The notes under the pieces are model-generated. The model did not search any database. It was not told the origin of the DNA and was given only the letters and a program-made list of their open reading frames with translations. From positions 1 through 64,000 of the IMG/VR virus record IMGVR_UViG_3300042367_000228: a stretch of 64,000 nucleotides of DNA. One strand, 5' to 3'. Positions 48,594 through 57,283 of this stretch are shown in pieces (within the stretch, counting starts at the first letter, position 1; each line of letters starts with the position of its first letter). A program made the translations under genes and the position numbers.

Positions 48594-49099
48594 TATTCAA
48601 GTAAAACAGTATTTAATAAGAATAACTGAGTTAATTTATTTGGATCCAATGAATACCAAATCCACGGTCTAATATAAATGTAATCATTCTTTTTCAATTT
48701 AATAGTATTAACTGTTAACCATTTACTAGCATCATAACAATTATCAACAATAAATTCATCTAAGTTATCTATAACATCAAACACAGTCTTTACAGTATCT
48801 TGTTCATAAATAGTTAAAAGAGTATCTTCCATTGCAACTATAACTAACCACATCGAATGTTGAAAAAACTGTTCTACATGGATTATATCAGATGATTTTC
48901 TAAAAATACCAGTACCTTGTTGTATAGTAATATTAGAATTAATTTCGTGTTTAAAATAATCTTCTAAATCAGCCGGAACGTAATTAAAGTTGATAATTTC
49001 TTCACCAAATATTGCACCCTCAAACTCCATTGAAGACATTAACATGTGCAATTGATCTATGTTATTATACAAGCCAGAACAATGAATAAAATTTTGCAT
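48593..49099 (-). CDS. Hypothetical protein, possibly a degenerate 2OG-Fe(II) oxygenase-like fold
   Basis: IHVE...WLVIVAM pattern; second metal-binding His not evident. Confidence 0.5.
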   Translation of the reverse strand: MQNFIHCSGLYNNIDQLHMLMSSMEFEGAIFGEEIINFNYVPADLEDYFKHEINSNITIQQGTGIFRKSSDIIHVEQFFQHSMWLVIVAMEDTLLTIYEQDTVKTVFDVIDNLDEFIVDNCYDASKWLTVNTIKLKKNDYIYIRPWIWYSLDPNKLTQLFLLNTVLLE

Positions 49100-49103
49100 A
49101 TTT

Positions 49104-51908
49104 TTACCTTTTGTATGTACTTAAATATTTAAAAAAGAAGTCTCTTTCAGTTTCTTCATCTAGCACATAAAAATCAATAACCTCGCCATTAACATTTTGA
49201 AATGCTAATTTTTCTGGTAATTTACCTTTATACGCGATATTATTGATAGCGCAATAACTATAAAAATGTTGCACTACACCTAAAGATAATCTGATAGTCC
49301 AATCATCGCCGCAATTTTTTAATTCTTTATGCCACATCTCCATTCCGCGTTCAAGCCAAGTAAAGTCAGGTTTTGGATGATCTGTTATAAATTTACTCCA
49401 ATAATCAACTAAGATATAATGTTTAGCAAAAACTCTATCTGGATATGTTCTAACATTTTTATAAATTAAATCAGAATTTCTACCTATAGATTTTCTTTTT
49501 AATAATTCATGATTAGCTAAACCATAATGTAAAATCCAAGCATAATCTTGCCAAAACATTTTACCTAAAAAATGCTCACCGTCTTTAGATGGATATTCAT
49601 GCACAACACCAGTAAATCTAATTTTACCTCGTTTAAATAATCTATCGTGCATAACATCAACATTAATACCCATTTTATGGGAATCAAGTGACATGCATTG
49701 TTTTTGTTTCAACAACATACCATCATAGTAATCGCTGGTAATATACTTAAATAAATTTTTCCAACTTTCAACTTGTTCATCAGCATCAATCCAAAAAATA
49801 TAATCTCCAGATGCTTGATCAATAGAATAATTTCTAGCTCTAGAAAAATTACCTAATCCATCTTCTTCTAACCATTCTAAATCATAAATTTTATCTGTAT
49901 ATTTTTCGGCAATTCGTTTAGTGTCATCAGTAGAACCAGTATCAACAATAATAATTTCATCTACAAATCCATTTAACGATTTTAAACAACGAGAAATATT
50001 ATCTTCTTCATTTCTAACAATCATACAAGCAGAAATAGATTTATATGGTCTAGTTTTTATCCATTTTTCATTATAATCAATTTCACCAAATTCAATATTA
50101 TCGCCTTTAGAAGAATTAAACCAAAACGAAATATTGCTACAAGGTTCGTTTCTTCTACCCACCACACTAGAAGATGAATGAATTAACGTAAAATCTACGT
50201 TTTTTAATAATTGTTTAATATCAGATCTTTCAAAATGATGAACATGATTAAGTTCTACTTTATTCATTATCATATTATCCCACGGTCCTGTTGGAGTAGT
50301 AAAATAAAATAACGTATCAAGTTGAGCTAATTTAGTTACTGTATTAAGAAATTCTTTAGTATCCTCAATATGTTCCATTACCTCACCAAGAATAACTACA
50401 TCAGGTTTAATATCATAATTCAAAATATTAAACACAGAATCACAAATAAATTTTAATTGAGGATATTTAGATTTATATCGTTTTTCAACAAAATCTAACA
50501 CAGGTTTATAAGTATCAACTAATGTCATTTCTGAAATATTAAGAGAAAATCGTGTTAGTAATGGCAATGATAATATACCATCATTACTTCCTATGTCAAC
50601 AATTTTTAATTTTTTACTAGGAGCTTTTTTAATAATATCATCAACTAAATTTATTAGATGAGTACCTCTTTCATCTAACATAAAATCTTCGTCTGAGTTA
50701 TAATCTTCTCTAACTAATACAACATTTTTATTGTAATAATCAGCATTATCTAACAATTTTCTATATTTTTCATCTCCTGTTAATTTATAAGCAGCTACTA
50801 TATCTGAATTATAAACTAACTGGTCTAAAATTTTAGATTTATATTTTTCAAATCTTTTATTAAACATAGAATCAATTTCTCTGTTCCAAGATTTGGCTAC
50901 GTTTTGCCAAGAATATTTTTCAATATCTACTCGCGCCTTATCTACAGCTTGATCATACAAATCTTTATCTTGATATTTTTTTACTAATGATAAAAATTCA
51001 TCAAAATATTCTTGTGTATCGTATTTTGATTTAACTGTAGTTTGAGATTTAACAGTTTCTGATAATGCAAAATTATGTGTAGCAATAATCATACATTCAT
51101 TATATTGAGCTTCAATAGCATTAATACAACTAATTTCAGGAAAATCTGTTGGATATAGCATGTATGCGCAATTAGAAAGTAATTCATAATATTCGCGTTT
51201 AGGTAAATTACCTATCATTTTAACATTAGTTGAATACTCTAATAATTCTTCAACCTCATTATAAATTTTTTGAACTTCTTCCGGAGTTCCTAGTGTATGC
51301 TCATATCCGCATAAATGTAATATTGCATCAGGATTAATATCTAACACTTCTGGCCATATTTTTTCAAGTAGATATTTCAATCCTCGTTCGGGTCTAGAAG
51401 CATAGATATAATTATTTTTCTTTTCTTCAAATGATTTTTTTGTTGTTATAATTGACTGATCATAACCATTAGAAGTTTTCCAAATATAATTAGTTGGTTC
51501 AATAGTATAATTGTTAACAAATAACGATTTATGATATTCACTTAAACAAAATACTCTATCTGCTACGCCCATAGCATCACGAAAATTATTAGAATCAATA
51601 TCATGACACCAAAGAACGTTAAGTTTTGAATCTAATGGAACTGCTAGAAAATCTGTAAATCTACTTACAATTACAACATCAAATTGAGAAATATCATCTG
51701 CCATATATTTTTCTAATGGTCGATACTCAACATTATCATAAATTCCAGGTTTATCGCATTTACAATAAACTGTTACTTCATGACCTAAGGCTGCAGTTTC
51801 TTTAGCCATATAGATCAAGGCTGATTCTGACCCACCTAACGCTTTTTCGTAAACTGAATTACCATTAAATTCTAATCCAGCAGTTACAAAACAAATACTT
51901 TTATTCAT
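49104..51908 (-). CDS. Tri-domain GT4 glycosyltransferase / SAM methyltransferase / GT2 glycosyltransferase
   Basis: YASRPERGL and EISCINAIEA (GT-B); VDIGSNDG and EVMEHI (MTase); ACMIVRNEE, VDTGSTD, WIDADE (GT-A). Confidence 0.88.
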   Translation of the reverse strand: MNKSICFVTAGLEFNGNSVYEKALGGSESALIYMAKETAALGHEVTVYCKCDKPGIYDNVEYRPLEKYMADDISQFDVVIVSRFTDFLAVPLDSKLNVLWCHDIDSNNFRDAMGVADRVFCLSEYHKSLFVNNYTIEPTNYIWKTSNGYDQSIITTKKSFEEKKNNYIYASRPERGLKYLLEKIWPEVLDINPDAILHLCGYEHTLGTPEEVQKIYNEVEELLEYSTNVKMIGNLPKREYYELLSNCAYMLYPTDFPEISCINAIEAQYNECMIIATHNFALSETVKSQTTVKSKYDTQEYFDEFLSLVKKYQDKDLYDQAVDKARVDIEKYSWQNVAKSWNREIDSMFNKRFEKYKSKILDQLVYNSDIVAAYKLTGDEKYRKLLDNADYYNKNVVLVREDYNSDEDFMLDERGTHLINLVDDIIKKAPSKKLKIVDIGSNDGILSLPLLTRFSLNISEMTLVDTYKPVLDFVEKRYKSKYPQLKFICDSVFNILNYDIKPDVVILGEVMEHIEDTKEFLNTVTKLAQLDTLFYFTTPTGPWDNMIMNKVELNHVHHFERSDIKQLLKNVDFTLIHSSSSVVGRRNEPCSNISFWFNSSKGDNIEFGEIDYNEKWIKTRPYKSISACMIVRNEEDNISRCLKSLNGFVDEIIIVDTGSTDDTKRIAEKYTDKIYDLEWLEEDGLGNFSRARNYSIDQASGDYIFWIDADEQVESWKNLFKYITSDYYDGMLLKQKQCMSLDSHKMGINVDVMHDRLFKRGKIRFTGVVHEYPSKDGEHFLGKMFWQDYAWILHYGLANHELLKRKSIGRNSDLIYKNVRTYPDRVFAKHYILVDYWSKFITDHPKPDFTWLERGMEMWHKELKNCGDDWTIRLSLGVVQHFYSYCAINNIAYKGKLPEKLAFQNVNGEVIDFYVLDEETERDFFFKYLSTYKR

Positions 51909-51910
51909 AA

Positions 51911-52522
51911 TTAATTTACTCTCTTATAGGCTTTTTTATGTTTAGATATAGCAAATATTTCAAATCCGCCTGTTAACATTTTATCTTCAATTTGTTGATG
52001 ATCGTAATATGGAATATCATCAAATATTATAATTCCATTCATAGAGAGTCTAGGAATAAAAAAATCTGCTTCTAGCAATACGGCATCTGTACAGTGAGGA
52101 CCGTCAATAAATACTAAAGCATAGTTGGATTCGATTGTTTTAACTTGATTATACACTGGAATACCGTCAGAATATCTAGAGAAAAATTCAGTATCTTCTA
52201 AATTAAAAAATTGAAAATTAAATCCTAAATCAGTTATATAAGAAAATAAATTAGGAATCGTTTCGTCTCTCATACGATTATTATAATCAAATTTTATAGC
52301 TAAATGCAAATCGCTAGAAGCATAATCTATATTTCCGTAAGGATCAACACAAACAAATACTCTATTAGTATCTTCAAATCGTTCTAAAGAATCTGCGATT
52401 AGTATTGCAGATCCACCTTTTCGAGTCCCTAACTCTATTATATTTCCAAAGATATTATTTTTTGAAATATATTCACAAGCATCATTTAATATTTCATAAT
52501 CTATACTATCAGTTTCAAACAT
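51911..52522 (-). CDS. Class I SAM O-methyltransferase (TylF/Methyltransf_24-like)
   Basis: IELGTRKGGS, VFIDGPH, IIFDD. Confidence 0.85.
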   Translation of the reverse strand: MFETDSIDYEILNDACEYISKNNIFGNIIELGTRKGGSAILIADSLERFEDTNRVFVCVDPYGNIDYASSDLHLAIKFDYNNRMRDETIPNLFSYITDLGFNFQFFNLEDTEFFSRYSDGIPVYNQVKTIESNYALVFIDGPHCTDAVLLEADFFIPRLSMNGIIIFDDIPYYDHQQIEDKMLTGGFEIFAISKHKKAYKRVN

Positions 52523-53885
52523 TATATTTTTCCTTTAATACAGCTTTTAGTTCGTCATATACTTCATTCCAAATTTCCGGAGTAACTTGTCTAATTAACC
52601 TTACGTTTTCTCCATACCAACTAGAATTTGGTTTACCTTCGGCCCAGACATAATATTCCATGATAGGAATTAATATAACAACTTGTTTACCTAGCGCAGC
52701 CGCTGCATGTGCAACTGAAGTACACGAAGTTATTACTAAATCTAGGTTATGGATTACACCTAGTAAATCTTCAAATGTACTTAACTCAAATTGCAAATCA
52801 ACAACTTCATTATGATTTTCTAATTGCGCTAACCCAACATCTCGTTGAATAGAATATAAACTCCAGTTATTGCCTTCTGGTAAGGAATTTATAACTTCTG
52901 TTAAATTAACGCTGCGATGTAATTCATGATCATATCTTGGATTGCCTGCCCATCGCAACCCAACTTTAAATTCTCCAGATAATTTATGTTTCTCAATATA
53001 GTCAGGTTTAGCTTGTAAATAAGGGCCGTACCATAAATCGTTAGCATCAATTCCTAATGTTTTTGGTAATGCCATCATTGGAGTCCAACAATCATAATCT
53101 TCTTTTTTATAGTCTGAAATATCAATAATTTTTTCAAATGGTAAATGATTGTAAATTGTATGCACTTTATGAGTAGTCATAATAGAAACTTTCATACCAA
53201 GATCTCTTAAATGTTTTACAAATCTAACATTAATAATCTCGTCGCCAATGCCGCCTTCACCTACCATTAATATATGTAAATTTGGTTTTGGTTTACCGTT
53301 CCATTCAGGGATATCCCAAACTTTAGAATATGATCCAAATACATTTAACTTTCTACCAATGTAAAGGTGTTCCATACCTTTTTTAAAATCTCCATCTTGA
53401 ATATAATGCACTCCAAGATTAAATAAGATCGAATCCGCTTCTCGTTGATCGTATTTCCATAAATTTTCTTCCATGGATTTAACAATATCATAAGATTCTT
53501 GTTTTTTATTACACGCAAATAATGCAGCTGAATAATCTAATAGATAGCGATCATTATCTTGAATATTATCCATAACAAATTCATAATATTCTACAGATTT
53601 AGTTGGCTTATTTGCTGACAAATAAATTTTAGCTAAATTAGACTTAATTGCTACAGTTTGTTCAATAGCTTTAGATAGCGATAATGCTTTTTCGCCATAT
53701 TCTATAGCAGTAACAAATCTTTTTGCTTTATCATAAGAATAACTATATAAATCATAACCTAAAATATCAAGAGGAACTATTTTATTTTTTTCAAATAGTT
53801 CCATTAAATTTACTATTTCGTCTAATAAATCCGATCTTGATAAAATATCAACTGTTTGCTTTACTGCATCATAATCTGTAGCCAT
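52515..53885 (-). CDS. TPR-containing GT9-like glycosyltransferase
   Basis: TPR helices, then EGGIGDEI, VGLRWAGNP, DLVITSCTSVAHAAAALGK; ATG 53885 preferred. Confidence 0.82.
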   Translation of the reverse strand: MATDYDAVKQTVDILSRSDLLDEIVNLMELFEKNKIVPLDILGYDLYSYSYDKAKRFVTAIEYGEKALSLSKAIEQTVAIKSNLAKIYLSANKPTKSVEYYEFVMDNIQDNDRYLLDYSAALFACNKKQESYDIVKSMEENLWKYDQREADSILFNLGVHYIQDGDFKKGMEHLYIGRKLNVFGSYSKVWDIPEWNGKPKPNLHILMVGEGGIGDEIINVRFVKHLRDLGMKVSIMTTHKVHTIYNHLPFEKIIDISDYKKEDYDCWTPMMALPKTLGIDANDLWYGPYLQAKPDYIEKHKLSGEFKVGLRWAGNPRYDHELHRSVNLTEVINSLPEGNNWSLYSIQRDVGLAQLENHNEVVDLQFELSTFEDLLGVIHNLDLVITSCTSVAHAAAALGKQVVILIPIMEYYVWAEGKPNSSWYGENVRLIRQVTPEIWNEVYDELKAVLKEKYNV

Positions 53886-54672
53886 TATTTTCCAATTCCA
53901 AAATAAACTCGTATTCCGATGATGATAATTTTTCTTCAGGAACACAAATAAAATTTATATCCAAAACAAAAGTTTTATAACCTAACGATTCAATTAACGT
54001 TTTTAGTTCAGTTGCACCGTTATATTGCTTATAATATTCAATATACATTAGTGGTCTGTGCTTGTTAATTGTAGCAACAGCACCATTAACTACGTCTAGT
54101 TCCATCCCTTCAACATCAACTTTAATAATAGAAATATTTTCTATATCTTTAAAGTATTCATCAATAACAATTTGATCAACAATTTCACCATTACCAAAAT
54201 CTAGATCTTGGCCAACATCATCAAATTCTCCAGTAAGACCTACACTACCAAAACTAGCCGGTTTATAATAATCTACTTTAGGTACAGTTATCGGTTTAGT
54301 AGACGATCCGACTGCAGTTTTTTCCGCATATACGTTATCTACGCTGTTTAATGCTAAGTTACCACATAGCATTTGATAGATCTGACGTTGCGGTTCAAAT
54401 GCATACACAGTTCCATTTGCTGGTAAAATTGCATCAGCAACTTGGACAGAGAACGCGCCGATGTTAGCACCAACATCAATCACTGCAGGATACTTTTTAT
54501 CCTTAAGGTAATGACGTAAGATCCACATTAATTCCATGTTTTCTGATCCCATGTTCATTAAATGATATCCAACTCCGGGAAAATTTTCTATAGGATTGTA
54601 ATCAAATCGGTTTACTATCATCATACCAAACTCAGTCGGTATTATAACATTTCTTCTTGGTTTTCCTATCAT
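53869..54672 (-). CDS. FkbM-family methyltransferase
   Basis: VIDVGANIG, YAFEPQ, IKVDVEGME. Confidence 0.92.
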   Translation of the reverse strand: MIGKPRRNVIIPTEFGMMIVNRFDYNPIENFPGVGYHLMNMGSENMELMWILRHYLKDKKYPAVIDVGANIGAFSVQVADAILPANGTVYAFEPQRQIYQMLCGNLALNSVDNVYAEKTAVGSSTKPITVPKVDYYKPASFGSVGLTGEFDDVGQDLDFGNGEIVDQIVIDEYFKDIENISIIKVDVEGMELDVVNGAVATINKHRPLMYIEYYKQYNGATELKTLIESLGYKTFVLDINFICVPEEKLSSSEYEFILELENNGYRL

Positions 54673-55448
54673 TTCATGTGCTTCCAAAAATCCATTTCTT
54701 CTAAATGGTTAAACAAATCTGGTGGAAGAATCGTTTGACGTTCTTTAAACTGAACTTTATTCCTAACATGATGTAACCCTTTAATGTTCATGTCGAAATC
54801 AAATTCATCGTAATCACCAACTACGTTATCAAAATCATGATCAAACCAAGATTCTCCAATAAATTCATAAATTTTCTTCATAACTAATTTAGGATTTTTA
54901 GCTAATTGATCATATTGGACTATCATAACATTTTCTTTCTTTGCCCCAAACAACGCTTCTTTAACTCCGTTATATGCAAACCCAACAAATGAAGATGAAT
55001 CTGTTAGATATTGCGCTCTAGAGTAAACAGAAACTCCTGCTCCGTCAGGAAATATAGACGGAACATCGTATGGATTTTTAGCAAATAAAGTTTCAAATGA
55101 ATCTATAATCCACGGAATTGATCGTATGCAAACAATAATCTTAGCGTCTGGATATAAATCAGCTAATAATGGAGTTAAATAAGTCCACCCTCGATTAGTA
55201 TCAAACACTACGTTATTTGAATCTTTATAGTAAGTTTCTGTAAGAGAATGAATTAATTCTTTGCGTTTTTCTGGTGGGCATTGGAATCTATATCCGCCCT
55301 GTGATTGACTTTCTTGAATAATAGCTCGTGTAAATCTAGCAAGCGGACCAGAAATACTTGCTCCAAAATTTGGATTTTGATTTAAAATGGAAGAAAGAAG
55401 GGTTGTTCCAGAACGGGGCAACCCTGAGATAAAATGAATTTTTTGCAT
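54669..55448 (-). CDS. Sulfotransferase
   Basis: 5'-PSB loop SGLPRSGTTLL; CIRS motif. Confidence 0.9.
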   Translation of the reverse strand: MQKIHFISGLPRSGTTLLSSILNQNPNFGASISGPLARFTRAIIQESQSQGGYRFQCPPEKRKELIHSLTETYYKDSNNVVFDTNRGWTYLTPLLADLYPDAKIIVCIRSIPWIIDSFETLFAKNPYDVPSIFPDGAGVSVYSRAQYLTDSSSFVGFAYNGVKEALFGAKKENVMIVQYDQLAKNPKLVMKKIYEFIGESWFDHDFDNVVGDYDEFDFDMNIKGLHHVRNKVQFKERQTILPPDLFNHLEEMDFWKHMK

Positions 55449-55479
55449 ATTGACCTTTCAAATAGTATAATAAAACATA

Positions 55480-55508
55480 ATTTTACTATACTTAGTTCAA
55501 AAAGTCAA
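55480..55508 (-). promoter_or_regulatory. sigma70-like promoter heading the glycan-modification operon
   Basis: TTGACT-17 nt-TAAAAT upstream of the sulfotransferase ATG. Confidence 0.65.
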
Positions 55509-55511
55509 GTG

Positions 55512-56144
55512 TTATTTTTTTTCTAAATCATATTCACGCAATTCAACTGTTGTTTGAATAGCGTCAATTTCAGCAGTTTTTGTAGATTCCCAATTAAAAC
55601 AATTTTGGATATGCGCCATTATAGAATTAACAATTAATTGTAAATCAGTTTTGTTAATTACAAAAAAACCTTCTGGAAATTTCCATTCAGCAGAGTAATC
55701 ATCATTGGTTAATAATAATGCTTGAGAATACATTACTCTAGTTTCTCTATCAGTATACAGAGTTAACATTTTTCCATTAATATCTCGCGTAATTGGCGTT
55801 GTTTCTTTAACCCAGCGTAAATTTGCTAATAATGATTTTAAATTAACTTTTATAGATTCTATAGGAAATTCTTGTGCGTAAAATTCTGCTATGTGATTAT
55901 TAGATTCATCATAATAGAATCTTGGTCCAGCTATTTGATCAAATATTGTATTAAGTTCTGTTGGATTAACAATTTGCGTTGGAACCAATTTTAACGATTC
56001 ATTAAAAATTAATGGTTCGCTTGGCGGATGTTCTATAGTAACTTGTTGGTGTAATTCTTCAGAAACAAAGTGTTCAAAATATGCTTGATGCCAATCTCTT
56101 GGACCTGTTATTATATTTTCGTTTTTTAATAATGTGTATGCCAT
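55512..56144 (-). CDS. Fibre-associated accessory protein (DUF4376-like C-terminus)
   Basis: LYTDRETRVMY...WK...HIQNCFNWE pattern. Confidence 0.6.
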   Translation of the reverse strand: MAYTLLKNENIITGPRDWHQAYFEHFVSEELHQQVTIEHPPSEPLIFNESLKLVPTQIVNPTELNTIFDQIAGPRFYYDESNNHIAEFYAQEFPIESIKVNLKSLLANLRWVKETTPITRDINGKMLTLYTDRETRVMYSQALLLTNDDYSAEWKFPEGFFVINKTDLQLIVNSIMAHIQNCFNWESTKTAEIDAIQTTVELREYDLEKK

Positions 56145-56152
56145 TTTTAACC

Positions 56153-57283
56153 TTATACTATTTGTAATCCCATTGTCGAATAAATTCCACCAGTAACGTT
56201 ACTCCAGTTACTTAAAGTTCCGACTTGCATTGGGCTTGATCTATTGGTTGTATCCAATAATCCTAATCGACCTTGAGCATTTAAACCCCAAGTCCATAAT
56301 GTTCCGTCTGTTTTTACTGCTGCTGTATGAAATTGCCCGCAAGAAATTTTACTCCAGTTGGATAGAGTCCCAACTTGCGTTGGGCTTGATCTATGAGTTA
56401 AATCTCCTAATCCCAATTGACCAAACGTATTATTTCCCCAAGTCCACAATGTTCCGTCTGTCTTAATCGCTGCTGCAAAAAAACTTCCAGAAGAACTCGA
56501 AACTTTACTCCAGTTAGATAGAGTCCCAATTTGCACTGGGCTTGATCTATGAGTTAAATCTCCTAATCCCAATTGACCCAAACTATTACCACCACAAGTC
56601 CATAATGTTCCATCTGTTTTTACTGCTACTATGTGATTTTGTCCAGCAGAAATTTTACTCCAGTTGGATAGAGTTCCAACTTGTACTGGGCTTGATCTAT
56701 TGGTTACATCGGCTCCTAATTGGCCAAGACCATTTAAACCCCAAGTCCATAATGTTCCATTTGTTTTTACTGCTGCTGTATAATATTGCCCACAACTAAC
56801 TTGACTCCAGTTAGATAGAGCACCAACTTGTATTGGGGTACTTTTATTGGCTGTATCGCCTAATCCTAATTGACCATAAGTAGCACTATTTCCCCAAGCC
56901 CATAATGTTCCGTCTGTTTTAATTGCTGCTATATGATTCCATCCAGCACTAACTTGACTCCAATTAGATGCAGGTACAACTTGATTTGGGCTACTTTTAT
57001 TGGTTGTATCAGTTAATCCTAGTACAAGATAAATATTAAATCCCCAAGTCCATAATGTTCCGTCTGTTTTAATAGCCGCTGCAGAATGATTTCCGATAGA
57101 AATTTGACTCCAGTTAGATAGAGTCCCAATTTGCACTGGGCTTGATCTATTGGTTATATCAGATAATCCTAATTCTCCATATGTTTGGCCAAACCCCCAA
57201 GCATACATATTCCCAGTTGTCTTAAACATAGCCGTGGACATATATCTTGTTTGTAATTTTGTTCCAGTTACTTTATAAGTCAT
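56153..57283 (-). CDS. RCC1/BLIP-II repeat beta-propeller protein (7 blades)
   Basis: Seven ~52-aa repeats HxAAIKTDGTLWTWGxNxxGQLG...SSPVQVG. Confidence 0.93.
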   Translation of the reverse strand: MTYKVTGTKLQTRYMSTAMFKTTGNMYAWGFGQTYGELGLSDITNRSSPVQIGTLSNWSQISIGNHSAAAIKTDGTLWTWGFNIYLVLGLTDTTNKSSPNQVVPASNWSQVSAGWNHIAAIKTDGTLWAWGNSATYGQLGLGDTANKSTPIQVGALSNWSQVSCGQYYTAAVKTNGTLWTWGLNGLGQLGADVTNRSSPVQVGTLSNWSKISAGQNHIVAVKTDGTLWTCGGNSLGQLGLGDLTHRSSPVQIGTLSNWSKVSSSSGSFFAAAIKTDGTLWTWGNNTFGQLGLGDLTHRSSPTQVGTLSNWSKISCGQFHTAAVKTDGTLWTWGLNAQGRLGLLDTTNRSSPMQVGTLSNWSNVTGGIYSTMGLQIV

